Positions 31,287 through 41,283 of a stretch of 64,000 nucleotides of DNA are shown here, piece after piece; position 1 is the first letter of the stretch, and each line of letters opens with the position of its first letter. Made by a program: the position numbers and the translations under genes. Under the pieces are notes generated by a model, which saw nothing but the letters and a program-made list of their open reading frames with translations, did not search any database and was not told where the DNA came from. This DNA comes from an uncultured Atribacterota bacterium (GTDB lineage Bacteria; Atribacterota; Phoenicimicrobiia; Phoenicimicrobiales; Stramentimicrobiaceae): the NCBI GenBank assembly GCA_964433635.1, contig CAYSSG010000007.1, positions 1,609 to 65,608 on the forward strand, given 5' to 3'.

Positions 31287-31327
31287 GGGGACAGCTCCAA
31301 AAATGGGGCTTGTCCCCCTTTTTTTTA
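31287..31327 (+). terminator. Rho-independent terminator
   Basis: Stem GGGGACA (31287-31293) pairs with TGTCCCC (31311-31317) and is followed by CTTTTTTTT. It lies 85 nt after the stop of lyase paralogue 2. Confidence 0.65.
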
Positions 31328-31563
31328 CGAATCAATGGCTAACAGTAAAAGTAGATAAAGTTGCTTCAGTTGCTTTACTCCATCACAATGGTCAAAAAGT
31401 TTTGATTGCGATGCATAGACAATCAAGTGTAGAATACTTATTGTTATAGCAAATTGTTCCCGAGAAAGGAATTATCATAGTCAGATTAAAAATAGAATCA
31501 TCATTTGTATGTTTCAGGGCAACGTACTGATACATAGATTAACTGTCACCAAATAGGAAAAAT

Positions 31564-32067
31564 ATGAAAAAGTTAATTCTATTAAACGGAACAATGGGGG
31601 CTGGAAAAACAGCTATCAGCCAGGAACTTCTTCAATTGCTGCAGCCGGGTGTCTTTTTAGATGGAGACTGGTGCTGGAATATGATCCCGTTTATTGTCAA
31701 TGAGGAAACCAGGCAGATGGTTCTGAAAAACATCTGCTTTATGCTCAACAGTTTCATCAATTGTTCAGAATATAAATACATCCTATTCTGCTGGGTAATG
31801 CATCAGGAAAAGATTATCAGTGAAATCCTTGAACATCTGAATTTAGAAAACACTAACACATACATCTTTACCTTAACGCTGACAGAAGCAGCCTTGACAA
31901 AAAGATTAATGAAGGATGTTGCACGGCATCAAAGGACGCTTGATGTCCTGGAAAGAAGCATCAAGAGAATTGGATTATATAAAAACATGGATACATCGAA
32001 AATCGATGTTAGCGATATTACCCCTTTTCAAGCAGCTAAGAAAATAGCAGAATTAGTTAGCAAATGA
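31564..32067 (+). CDS. P-loop NTPase / small kinase-like protein (AAA_33-like)
   Basis: Walker A motif (LLNGTMGAGKTAIS) in a 167-aa protein, resembling small nucleoside/antibiotic kinase-like ATPases. Confidence 0.5.
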   Translation: MKKLILLNGTMGAGKTAISQELLQLLQPGVFLDGDWCWNMIPFIVNEETRQMVLKNICFMLNSFINCSEYKYILFCWVMHQEKIISEILEHLNLENTNTYIFTLTLTEAALTKRLMKDVARHQRTLDVLERSIKRIGLYKNMDTSKIDVSDITPFQAAKKIAELVSK

Positions 32068-32091
32068 ATTATTTAAAGAGGGAGCCTGCCA

Positions 32092-32892
32092 ATGAATCTT
32101 AAACTGGGAATGATTAGTGATCTGCATGCCAGAAAAAATAAATGGTTTATGCAACGTAAGCTAATTCAACAAATAATGGAATTCTTTATCAGCAGGCAAG
32201 TGGATGCAGTGATAGATTTAGGTGACCGTATAGATGGAACTTCATGTTTAGAAGACGAGGAATTAACAATGATGATTCGTCAAGAACTCGAAAACTTTAA
32301 TATGAAAGTTTTTTATCTTTACGGAAACCATGATCTTTTCTATGTCAATAAAAGCATGTTGAATGGTATTTTAAAAAAGAAGAATTCATATGAAATCGCT
32401 AAATTAAAGGATTTTCTTTTGCTGATTTTGGATTCTAATGATGGTCAATCGGCTTATGTATCCAAAAAACAAATTGACTGGATGTGTAAGATATTGATAG
32501 AAAACCATTCTCCAGTTTTAATTTTTTCACATCACCCTATTTTTGCCATTGACATTTCCGAACATGCCTATTTTTCTCTTCATCCGAATGAGGCCATCGT
32601 AAATAATTTTCATGAAGTACAAAGCTGTATCTTAAGAAATCCTAAGGTTATAGGTGTATTTCAAGGACATATTCATCAATTGATAAAAGAATCTATTTCC
32701 GGCAAAATATTCGGTATAAATCCTCCATTACATGATAGTCAGGATATAAATTTCCCTGAAGGAGGAATAGCAGTTACGGATATTCACTTTCCCGGTACCT
32801 TCAAAGTTTCATATTTTCGAGTTACAGAGAAAAGAGATGTGTACCGTTTTACAGAAATGGAAGACCTGGAATTTCAATTGGAATGTAATTGA
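32092..32892 (+). CDS. Calcineurin-like metallophosphoesterase
   Basis: Metallophosphatase motifs D-x-H, GDRIDG, GNHD and a downstream H-x-H-like motif (ISDLHA...LGDRIDG...YGNHD...FSHHP...GHIH). Confidence 0.7.
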   Translation: MNLKLGMISDLHARKNKWFMQRKLIQQIMEFFISRQVDAVIDLGDRIDGTSCLEDEELTMMIRQELENFNMKVFYLYGNHDLFYVNKSMLNGILKKKNSYEIAKLKDFLLLILDSNDGQSAYVSKKQIDWMCKILIENHSPVLIFSHHPIFAIDISEHAYFSLHPNEAIVNNFHEVQSCILRNPKVIGVFQGHIHQLIKESISGKIFGINPPLHDSQDINFPEGGIAVTDIHFPGTFKVSYFRVTEKRDVYRFTEMEDLEFQLECN

Positions 32893-33215
32893 TAATTATA
32901 TTTACATGCTAATTATTTTTTTATGCTATAATTTTAATGAAATTAGATGTAATTAATCGTACAGTCGCAATTGAAACATCTATTTTGCCAAAAAATATTT
33001 TAGCAACAGGTGTCGCATATCAAGACCAATATCTTTTTTCTAAAAGGATGAATTCTGCTGTTCCGGGGGATTCTTAATTTACTTGCTGAAAGGTTTTTTA
33101 TAAACCAATTTATTCCATATGAGAAAAGATATGAGAAAAGAAGGGAGTGGTAAGAGAAAAATATAATAAAAGGAATAGAAATTAAGAATTTATTAAAATG
33201 GATGGAGGTTATGAT

Positions 33216-34271
33216 ATGAAGAAATACTTTTTTGTTATTCTGTTAATAGGTATGTTTATTTGCCTGTTTAATATTTCGATTTTTGCAGCTGACAAAGTAT
33301 TAGTGTATGCTGCTCTGGATTCTCCGACACTGGAAGCTATTGCCAGTGAATTTAAAAATGAAACTGGTATTGATGTGGAATGGATCCTTGGTGGCGCTGG
33401 TGAAATGGCTGTCAGAGTCAGGGCAGAAAAGGATCGTCCTCAAGCGGATGTATTTATCGGGGGTTCGGTAGATGTCCATGGAGATTTAGCAAAAGATGGA
33501 TTGTTGGCTAAGATTTCTCCTGAGAATGCTAAAGCTATACCATCTCAATTCATCGATCCTGAAGGCCAATATTTTGGCTGGTATCTGGGATTATTAGGAT
33601 TGGTATTAAACACTGAAATGCTGGAACAAGAAATGCCGGGTACTTTGCCTCCCAAAACATGGGATGACCTACTGGCTCCTGAATGGAAAGGAAATGTCGT
33701 CTCTTCCAGTCCAGCCAGCAGCGGTGGTGCTTATATCTTTATTGCGAACATGATTTTCAGATTTACTGAGCTTGCGCATTATTTTGGATTTGAAGGAGAT
33801 GCGGCTATAGAAGCAGGTGAAAAAGCTGCCTGGAATTGGTTCCGCGAATTTGACCAGAATGTAGATCTATATATGGCCAAGGCAACTGAACCGATTACAG
33901 TTACATCACAGGGAGAATATGTTGTTGGCATGTCCTGGGCTCATGATATTTTAGTTTCTGTTGAACAGGGTTTACCAGTTGAATTAATCATTCCTCCCTA
34001 TACCGGATTTGAAATAGGCGGAGTGAGTGCCATCAAGGGTGGCCCAAATCCTGATTCAGCATTAAAATTTGTTAATTTTGTATTATCTGAAAAATCCCAG
34101 GAAATTAATGCGACAGTAGGTGCAAAAAGATATCCAACGAGACCAGGTGTTGTATCGCCGCCCAATTCTCCTGATATCAGTGGAGTTGTTTTAACAAAGT
34201 ATAATCGGGATTGGGCAATTGCAAACAGGGAACGTTTACTGGAATTATGGGAAGATCTTACGAATAAATAA
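33216..34271 (+). CDS. ABC transporter substrate-binding protein, Fbp/iron(III)- or thiamine-type family 1 SBP
   Basis: Signal peptide (KYFFVILLIGMFICLFNISIFAADK) and family-1 SBP features (VYAALDSP...GGAGEMAVRVRAEKDRPQADVFIGGS). Genomic context with a fused two-domain permease and a PotA/FbpC-like ATPase. Start at the ATG at 33216 after GGAGG. Confidence 0.8.
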   Translation: MKKYFFVILLIGMFICLFNISIFAADKVLVYAALDSPTLEAIASEFKNETGIDVEWILGGAGEMAVRVRAEKDRPQADVFIGGSVDVHGDLAKDGLLAKISPENAKAIPSQFIDPEGQYFGWYLGLLGLVLNTEMLEQEMPGTLPPKTWDDLLAPEWKGNVVSSSPASSGGAYIFIANMIFRFTELAHYFGFEGDAAIEAGEKAAWNWFREFDQNVDLYMAKATEPITVTSQGEYVVGMSWAHDILVSVEQGLPVELIIPPYTGFEIGGVSAIKGGPNPDSALKFVNFVLSEKSQEINATVGAKRYPTRPGVVSPPNSPDISGVVLTKYNRDWAIANRERLLELWEDLTNK

Positions 34272-34287
34272 TTGAATAAACAAAAAT

Positions 34288-34325
34288 AATTTGGCGGCAT
34301 GAAGTGATGCCGCCAAATTATTTTG
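34288..34325 (+). terminator. Rho-independent terminator / intra-operon attenuator between the SBP and permease genes
   Basis: Perfect 13-bp stem AATTTGGCGGCAT-(GAAGTG)-ATGCCGCCAAATT followed by ATTTTG. It is flanked by an A-run upstream and a T-run downstream, so it could function bidirectionally. Confidence 0.6.
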
Positions 34326-34340
34326 AAATTTCTTGGAAAA

Positions 34341-35978
34341 ATGAAAATAAAAGAACAGTTAGCCAAAATAAATACGATTCATCTTATTATCCTATTGCTT
34401 GGTTTAATACTATTTGTATTCGTCGTTTGGCCGGTTTTCAAGGTTTTTGTTTATCCTACAATTGAGGATTATATTACTATCTTAAGTCGGGCCAGATCGA
34501 TAAGGGCTATCAAGAATAGCCTTTTTATTGCAGTACTTTCCACGATTACTGCAACAGTTATTGGGTTTTTGTATGCCTATACCCTGGAGTATTCTGATAT
34601 ACCAGGGAAAAGAGTTTTTCGTTTTATTCCTATCCTGCCATTGTTATCACCACCCTTTGTTGTTGCTTTGGCCTGGATTCTATTATTTGGAAGAAGAGGC
34701 TTGATTACCTATGAGTTATTTAATCTCACATGGAGCATATACGGGTGGCAGGGATTATGGTTAGTCCAGAGCATCTCATTTTTCCCATACTCTTACATGA
34801 TCATCGATAGTGTTTTGAAGGAAATTGATCCTTCAATTGAATTTGCTGCCAAAAATGCTGGTGGTGATGGATATCATGTGTTTAAAACTATTACCTTTCC
34901 ACTTGCCTTGCCGGGAGTATTAAATTCAGCAATCCTGGTAGGAATCTATGTTCTGGCAGATTTTGGTAATCCGATTGTGATAGCAGGTAACTGGCCGGTA
35001 TTGCCAACTGAGATTTTTGGAAGAATAAGCGGTCATTATGATTTAGTAGGGGCAACAGGCCTATCTGCTGTTTTATTGATTCCCACATTCTTACTATTTA
35101 TGATCAACCGTAAAATACTCAGCGGTAAATCCTTTGTAACAGTCACCGGGAAGGGCAGTGGGCTGGAAAAACCTTTGGTAGGAAGTAGTACCAAGTGGGT
35201 ACTCTTTTCTTTAAGTTCCTTTATCGTATTTATCATTATTCTGGTTTATGGCGTATTGCTTGTAGGGTCTTTCACAAGAACATGGGGTATTGACTGGGCT
35301 TTTTCATTACAGCATTGGAATATATTGTTAGGTACAAAAATCAGCAGTCTTTACAATAGTATACGGTATGCTCTGTTTGCCGGTGGGGGTGCTGCTATTT
35401 TTTCTTTATTTGCCAGTTATTTTATTTTTGGCAAAAGTTTTTTTGGAAAGAAAGTCTTGGATTTCATGGTCATTTTACCGGCATCGATTCCGGGCATATT
35501 TCTGGGAGTAGGATTTCTGTTAGCCTTTAATAGCCCGCCTTTGCTTCTCACTGGTACATCACTCATTATTATTCTCGGATTGATGGTCTGGAATATTCCT
35601 TTGGGGTATCAAGCCTGTACTGCAAGCTTAACCCAGATTGGGGTTGAGATTGAAGAAGGAGCTATTAACTTAGGAGCTCATCCCTTGCAAGTATTTAAGG
35701 ACATTATTTTTCCTTTACTTAAGATTCCTTTTTTGTCAGGATTTATCATGGGCTTTTTACGTTCCATTACCAATTTAAGTATTGTGATATTTTTAATTTC
35801 ACCGGGAAACAATACTGCTACAGCAGAGATATTAAGCCTGATACAGTATGCCGAATTAGGACCAGCCATTGCGCTGTGTGTCGCTCTTTTTGGGATTGCA
35901 TTGATGGTTATTTTCTTCACACAGTTATTTTTAGGAAAAGGAATCAATCTTTTTTCTCAGGGTCAAAGAGGAGTTTAA
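34341..35978 (+). CDS. ABC transporter permease, fused two-domain Fbp-type
   Basis: ~545 aa with two tandem TMD units, each carrying the EAA-like loop region (...ALPGVLNSAILVGIYVLADFGNP... and ...LLKIPFLSGFIMGFLRSITNLS...). ATG at 34341; the upstream TTG at 34323 lies inside the terminator. Confidence 0.8.
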   Translation: MKIKEQLAKINTIHLIILLLGLILFVFVVWPVFKVFVYPTIEDYITILSRARSIRAIKNSLFIAVLSTITATVIGFLYAYTLEYSDIPGKRVFRFIPILPLLSPPFVVALAWILLFGRRGLITYELFNLTWSIYGWQGLWLVQSISFFPYSYMIIDSVLKEIDPSIEFAAKNAGGDGYHVFKTITFPLALPGVLNSAILVGIYVLADFGNPIVIAGNWPVLPTEIFGRISGHYDLVGATGLSAVLLIPTFLLFMINRKILSGKSFVTVTGKGSGLEKPLVGSSTKWVLFSLSSFIVFIIILVYGVLLVGSFTRTWGIDWAFSLQHWNILLGTKISSLYNSIRYALFAGGGAAIFSLFASYFIFGKSFFGKKVLDFMVILPASIPGIFLGVGFLLAFNSPPLLLTGTSLIIILGLMVWNIPLGYQACTASLTQIGVEIEEGAINLGAHPLQVFKDIIFPLLKIPFLSGFIMGFLRSITNLSIVIFLISPGNNTATAEILSLIQYAELGPAIALCVALFGIALMVIFFTQLFLGKGINLFSQGQRGV

Positions 35979-37058
35979 ATGGAAAAAATACATATTAGAA
36001 TTCAGGAATTAAACAAGAAATATGGCAATATATATGCTGTTAAAGACTTGAATTTAAACATAGAAAGAGGAAGTTTTACCACCCTATTAGGACCTTCGGG
36101 GTGTGGAAAAACGACCACCCTCAGAATTATTGCCGGATTTGTGAAAGAAGATAGTGGCAAAGTATTTTTAAATAACCAGCTGATTAATAACACCCCTCCT
36201 CATAAAAGGAGAGTAGGCATGGTGTTTCAGTCCTATGCATTATTCCCTCATATGAATGTATTTCATAACCTGGCCTATGGTTTGCATATCAGAAAACTAC
36301 CTAAAAGCGAAATCGAAGATAAGGTAAAAAACACCTTAAGATTTATTGGTTTGGAAGGAAAAGAAAACCAGATGATTTCTCAATTAAGCGGGGGACAACA
36401 GCAACGAGTGGCTCTTGGCCGAACGGTTATTTTGGAGCCTGAGGTTTTATTAATGGATGAGCCTCTGTCTAACCTGGATGCTAAGCTGAGAATCAGTGTC
36501 CGAAATGAAATTAAACAGATTCAGAATAAGCTTGGGATTACTACCATCTATGTTACACACGATCAGGAAGAAGCCCTCTCTATGTCAGATACTATAGTGG
36601 TTATGAATTCGGGAAAAATTCAGCAAATTGGAGGCCCCTGGGATATTTATAATTATCCCAAAAATCAATTTGTGGCAGATTTTATTGGAACGAAGAATTT
36701 TTTAGAGGCAACAGTGAAAAAAATAGAATCTGAAAAGGTTTTCCTGGATTGCAATGGACAACAGTTATCCATGAATAAGATAAAGGGCAGTGACTTTTCA
36801 GTTGATGAAAAAGTATTAATAAGTATCAGACCTGAAGATATTAAAATTTATAAAGAAAAACCTGATCTTCATATCATGAATATATGGAAGGGAATTATTT
36901 CTGAGAGCAATTATTTGGGTAAAATAATCCGATACTGGATTCGAGCTGAAAACGGTCATGAGTTAATCGTAGAGGATTATGCTCCCAAGAAATATATTGA
37001 GGGAGAAGTCTATTTAGGTATGGATGAAAGCGGTATTCAGTTTATTCAAAAAGAATAA
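35979..37058 (+). CDS. ABC transporter ATP-binding protein (PotA/FbpC-like importer ATPase with C-terminal TOBE domain)
   Basis: Walker A (GPSGCGKTT), Q-loop, signature (LSGGQQQRVALGR), Walker B (LLMDEPLSNLD) and H-loop (VTHD). Confidence 0.9.
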   Translation: MEKIHIRIQELNKKYGNIYAVKDLNLNIERGSFTTLLGPSGCGKTTTLRIIAGFVKEDSGKVFLNNQLINNTPPHKRRVGMVFQSYALFPHMNVFHNLAYGLHIRKLPKSEIEDKVKNTLRFIGLEGKENQMISQLSGGQQQRVALGRTVILEPEVLLMDEPLSNLDAKLRISVRNEIKQIQNKLGITTIYVTHDQEEALSMSDTIVVMNSGKIQQIGGPWDIYNYPKNQFVADFIGTKNFLEATVKKIESEKVFLDCNGQQLSMNKIKGSDFSVDEKVLISIRPEDIKIYKEKPDLHIMNIWKGIISESNYLGKIIRYWIRAENGHELIVEDYAPKKYIEGEVYLGMDESGIQFIQKE

Positions 37059-37406
37059 ACAAATTTTTCCATAGTATAGTTTGAGATTTGTCATAGAAAA
37101 AATAACTTCCTACGATTAAATAATTTGATCCATCAGAGTAGTTAAATAACCTACTTTAAGGTCATAAATCCAGGTAATATAATTCCCTTACCCTTGACAA
37201 TTAATCATATGGAATCAAATCCTTAGATATACTCTCATAGTCTCCTGTATCATCTTGCTTTTCAATACCGTTTCATCAACAGAATGTTAGATGAATGATT
37301 CCATGCTATAAAATATCTAAAATCAGTATTGACTTAAGGGTTAAGATTATGGTTTAAAATAGGATAATTATTAAAAGATAAAAAATGAAACCTGAAAGGA
37401 GATAAA

Positions 37407-37949
37407 ATGAGTGGAAAAAAGGTGTTAATTCTATCCTCAAGCCCCAGAAAGAAGGGAAACTCTGAGATTCTTTGTGAACAGTTTATGAAAGGATCCGTTG
37501 AATCAGGGAATATGGTGGAAAAAATATCCCTCCGGGATAAGGAAATTAACTATTGTGACGGTTGCGGTGCTTGTTTGGAAAGGGGAGAAAATTGCCCTCA
37601 ACAAGATGATATGGCCGATGTACTGGAAAAAATGGTCAATGCCGATGTGATTGTCATGGCAACACCAGTGTATTTTTACACCATGGCAGCCCAAATGAAG
37701 ACATTGATTGACAGGACCTGTTCAAGATATACCGAGATAAAGGGGAAAGAGTTCTATTTCATTATTACAGCTGCTGATAAGAATGTTGAATTGATGAATA
37801 GAACCCTGGAAGGATTCAGAGCCTTTACCTACTGTTTGGAAGGTGTAATGGAAAAAGGAGTTGTCCTGGGTACAGGGGCATTTCGTATTGGCGATATCAA
37901 TCAGAGTAAAATGATGCATCTTGCTTATGAGATGGGAAAAGAGGTTTGA
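37407..37949 (+). CDS. Iron-sulfur flavoprotein (Isf) / NADPH-dependent FMN reductase-like
   Basis: Flavodoxin-like fold (KVLILSSSPRKKGNSE) with the compact Isf cysteine cluster (NYCDGCGACL). Confidence 0.7.
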   Translation: MSGKKVLILSSSPRKKGNSEILCEQFMKGSVESGNMVEKISLRDKEINYCDGCGACLERGENCPQQDDMADVLEKMVNADVIVMATPVYFYTMAAQMKTLIDRTCSRYTEIKGKEFYFIITAADKNVELMNRTLEGFRAFTYCLEGVMEKGVVLGTGAFRIGDINQSKMMHLAYEMGKEV

Positions 37950-38039
37950 GGAAAACAGGTTGTTTTTTTGTGTTATAATTTAATCAAATCATTAGAAAGT
38001 CTTCCTTCTATTAGCAAATAATGATGAAAGGAGAAAAAA

Positions 38040-38537
38040 ATGGATGCCGAAACCAATGAATGTTGTCCTGAATTTCATCCGGGAAAATGGGATAAAAAAA
38101 CATTTAATTGGAACGATAAGCAATTTATTAAAGAGACGATTCCTACACTTTTCCATACCCCATTTCCTCCCATGATTGGCAAGAAAATAACCAAAATGAT
38201 GGCTCTAGCCACAAGTGCGAACAAGATAGATGCAAAAAAAGATGAGGTTCTGGTTTTGTTTCAGGATCCGACCGCATTTAGATCAAACATCTATATTTCC
38301 GTAACCGGAGATGTCCCTGGTGCAAATAATGTTAAAATTCCCGGAACTTTCATGGCCAAAGTGTATGATGGACCATATAATGCCATCCCCAAATTCGTCA
38401 AAGATATGAATATGGTTTTGGAAAAAGAAGGGAAAAAAGTCCCGACAGATGATGAATACTATATCCATTATGCCTATTGTCCGAAATGTGAGAAGAAATA
38501 CGGACATCAGTATATGATTCTATTTGCCAGGATCTAG
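38040..38537 (+). CDS. Hypothetical protein (165 aa)
   Basis: ORF with an AAAGGAG RBS. Cys pairs sit at both ends (CCPEFHP ... CPKCEKK). No confident family assignment. Confidence 0.45.
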   Translation: MDAETNECCPEFHPGKWDKKTFNWNDKQFIKETIPTLFHTPFPPMIGKKITKMMALATSANKIDAKKDEVLVLFQDPTAFRSNIYISVTGDVPGANNVKIPGTFMAKVYDGPYNAIPKFVKDMNMVLEKEGKKVPTDDEYYIHYAYCPKCEKKYGHQYMILFARI

Positions 38538-38550
38538 GGGGTTTTTATTT

Positions 38551-38946
38551 ATGACAAAGAGTATCCCGCTGGAATTAATTGCTCCCTGCGGCATGAATTG
38601 CAATTTATGTTCTGCTTTTCTCAGGGAAGAAAAATATATTGTAAAGTGTCCGGGATGTAGAGCAGATGATCACTATAAACCCAGATCTTGTGCCAAATGC
38701 ATTATTAATCATTGTGAAATATTGAAGCAGAATCAATGGCAGTATTGCTCCAGTCAGTGTCCGCAGTTTCCCTGTAACAGATTGAAAAATATTGATAGAA
38801 GATATCGGACAAAATATGGGATGAGCATGATTGATAATTTGAATGATATTGAAAAAAGAGGAATCAGGGCATTTATCGCGCAAGAGGAAAAGAAATGGAT
38901 TAAAGGTGATCAAATATTTTGCGTGCATAAAAAGGTCTATTTTTAA
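38551..38946 (+). CDS. Cysteine-rich DUF3795-like protein
   Basis: Multiple CxxC-type motifs (CGMNCNLCSAF...CPGCRADDHY...CAKCIINHC...CSSQCPQFPCNRL). ATG at 38551 follows AGGGGG. Confidence 0.5.
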   Translation: MTKSIPLELIAPCGMNCNLCSAFLREEKYIVKCPGCRADDHYKPRSCAKCIINHCEILKQNQWQYCSSQCPQFPCNRLKNIDRRYRTKYGMSMIDNLNDIEKRGIRAFIAQEEKKWIKGDQIFCVHKKVYF

Positions 38947-39172
38947 CCGGGGTGACTGAACTTAACAAAATTATCCGATCAAATGATCTATAAGGATTCA
39001 AGGGTATTCGATTATCTTTTCCAGGCACAGATTAAAAAAGATATTTTCACCACATATCAATCAAGGAGGTGTTTTGAGAAAGTTGATGAAATAAAATAAT
39101 ATTTTCAGATTATGACAATAATATTGATTAAATGAATGCTGAGAAAAAATATTTTATGGAGGTGATTATGAA

Positions 39173-40147
39173 ATGAAAAAAATTTTATTATTAACGGGAA
39201 TTGCACTGATTGTATGTTTGCTGTTCATCGTTACAGTTTCTGCCCAGAAAGTTTCCTTTTATGCCAACATCACCGCGATTGAACCTATCATGGAATCCTT
39301 TGAAGCGCAAACAGGTATTAAAGGTGAGTATACCCGCATTTCCACTGATAAGTTTCTGGCAACAGTTCTCACTGAATTCGAAGCAGGAAAACTGCAAGCT
39401 GATGTAATACAAGCTCCTATCACTGTTTTAGAGATACTAAAAGATAGAGGAGTTCTCTCCACATATAGCTCTCCGGTTGCACAGGATTATCCTGAATGGG
39501 CTAAAAAAGATGGCATTCAGCTTTTCGGTATCGAATATGTAGGGCTAATTTACAACAAGGAAATGGTTAATCCGGAAGATGTTCCCAAGAAATATGAAGA
39601 TCTGACTGATCCAAAATGGAAAGACAGGATTGTTATGGCAAATCCGTCTATCCATCCTACCACCATATCCTGGCTGGTGGGGTTAAAGGAAAATGTGTTT
39701 GATACAGAGGAAGCCTGGATGGATTTCCTCAAAGGATTAGCTGCTAATAATCCCATGTTTGTGGCATCCTTTGGTCCTACCCCTGCACCGATAGAAAGTG
39801 GCGAAAAACACATTGGTATTTCCATGCCTAAATATATTATTACCAAAGCGCCAGCACCTTTAGATTGGGCTCGATTAGAGCAGCCGCTTTTGGGAACTCC
39901 GAGGGCTATTGCTGTGACATCGTCAGCACCAAATCCTGAAGGAGCTAAAACTTTCGTAGATTACTGGCTCTCAGAAGAGGCTATGTCTATACTGGCTAAT
40001 GATGTTGGTGAATATGTTCTGGCACCAGGGGTCTTTCCACCTATAGAAGACATGGATAAGGCAGAAGTTATAGCTATTCGGGAACTCTCAGATGAGGAAA
40101 CTCAGAAATGGGGAGACGAGTTTAAGGAAATATTTAACGTCTATTAA
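39173..40147 (+). CDS. ABC transporter substrate-binding protein, Fbp-type (second paralogous system)
   Basis: Signal peptide (MKKILLLTGIALIVCLLFIVTVSA). Genomic context with an ATPase and fused permease of the same type as the 33.2-37.1 kb system. Confidence 0.8.
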   Translation: MKKILLLTGIALIVCLLFIVTVSAQKVSFYANITAIEPIMESFEAQTGIKGEYTRISTDKFLATVLTEFEAGKLQADVIQAPITVLEILKDRGVLSTYSSPVAQDYPEWAKKDGIQLFGIEYVGLIYNKEMVNPEDVPKKYEDLTDPKWKDRIVMANPSIHPTTISWLVGLKENVFDTEEAWMDFLKGLAANNPMFVASFGPTPAPIESGEKHIGISMPKYIITKAPAPLDWARLEQPLLGTPRAIAVTSSAPNPEGAKTFVDYWLSEEAMSILANDVGEYVLAPGVFPPIEDMDKAEVIAIRELSDEETQKWGDEFKEIFNVY

Positions 40148-40183
40148 TCTTGTTATTTCGGCTGGAAGCATAGGAGGATAACT

Positions 40184-41269
40184 GTGGAAATCCGAATTAA
40201 TAATGTCAGCAAACATTATTTTTCTGAGGGCAAAACGATAAAAGCATTGGATCAAGTCAGTCTTACAATTCCCGGTAAACAGATATTTACTTTGCTGGGG
40301 CCCAGCGGTTGCGGCAAGACTACCCTTCTTCGGTGCATCGTTGGACTGGAAACCCCGGATACCGGAGAGATTATGATAGGCGATGAGTTGGTCTGGTCCA
40401 GCAAAGATGGTATTAATGTCCCAGTTGAAAAACGGGGGTTGGCGATGGTATTCCAGACTTATGCTATCTGGCCGCATATGGATGTCTATAACAATGTTGC
40501 TTATCCGCTTCAAATCCAGAAACTGCCCAAGGAAGAAATCCGTACGAGGGTTGAAAAAACTTTGCGATTTGTAAAATTAGAAGGTTTTGAACATCGACCG
40601 GCAACAAATATCTCCGGCGGTCAACAACAGCGTGTAGCACTTGCCCGGGCTTTAATTGCGGAACCAAAGGTTATTCTCTTTGATGAACCTTTAAGTAATT
40701 TAGATGCAAAACTCAGAGAAGAGACTAGAAAAGAGTTAAGGACTTTTCTCAGTAAACTGAAAATTACTGCGGTTTATGTAACCCATGATCAGATTGAGGC
40801 ACTTGCACTTTCTGATATTATTGCGGTTATGCAATCCGGAAAAATCATTGAGATTGGCTCTCCAAGAAAGATATACTTCGAGGCGTCCCACCGTTTCGTT
40901 GCCGACTTTATTGGCAGAGCCAATCTTCTCACGGCTAAAGTAAAATCTCATCAGGACAATATCACGATTGTGGATACTGAGATGGGTACTTTCAGTTGCC
41001 AGAAACGTGAATTCCCGGTAAATAGTGATGTTATTTTATGTATTCGACCTGAATTTATTTTTCTGACTGAAGATGAGGCGGTTGACGGACAGAATCATCT
41101 CAGTGGCCGGATTGAAAACCTGGTCTTTATCGGTGAAGCGTATGAGGGTGAAATAAAGGTCGGTAAAGAACTTCTGATGGTAAAAATACAGCCGGAGACA
41201 TTGCTTAAAAAAGGTGATATGGTTCATTTTAGTGTGAATCCGGAACACTGTCTTCTTGTTTCAATATAA
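40184..41269 (+). CDS. ABC transporter ATP-binding protein (PotA/FbpC-like), GTG start
   Basis: Walker A (GPSGCGKTT), signature (ISGGQQQRVALAR), Walker B (ILFDEPLSNLD). A GTG start at 40184 follows TAGGAGGA. Confidence 0.9.
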   Translation: MEIRINNVSKHYFSEGKTIKALDQVSLTIPGKQIFTLLGPSGCGKTTLLRCIVGLETPDTGEIMIGDELVWSSKDGINVPVEKRGLAMVFQTYAIWPHMDVYNNVAYPLQIQKLPKEEIRTRVEKTLRFVKLEGFEHRPATNISGGQQQRVALARALIAEPKVILFDEPLSNLDAKLREETRKELRTFLSKLKITAVYVTHDQIEALALSDIIAVMQSGKIIEIGSPRKIYFEASHRFVADFIGRANLLTAKVKSHQDNITIVDTEMGTFSCQKREFPVNSDVILCIRPEFIFLTEDEAVDGQNHLSGRIENLVFIGEAYEGEIKVGKELLMVKIQPETLLKKGDMVHFSVNPEHCLLVSI

Positions 41270-41283
41270 ATGGAGCATTGGTG

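Noticed and set aside
34323-34340. TTG start (34323) for the ABC permease
   Set aside because: It lies within the 3' arm and U-tract of the terminator hairpin. The ATG at 34341 gives a normal N-terminus directly before the first TM helix.
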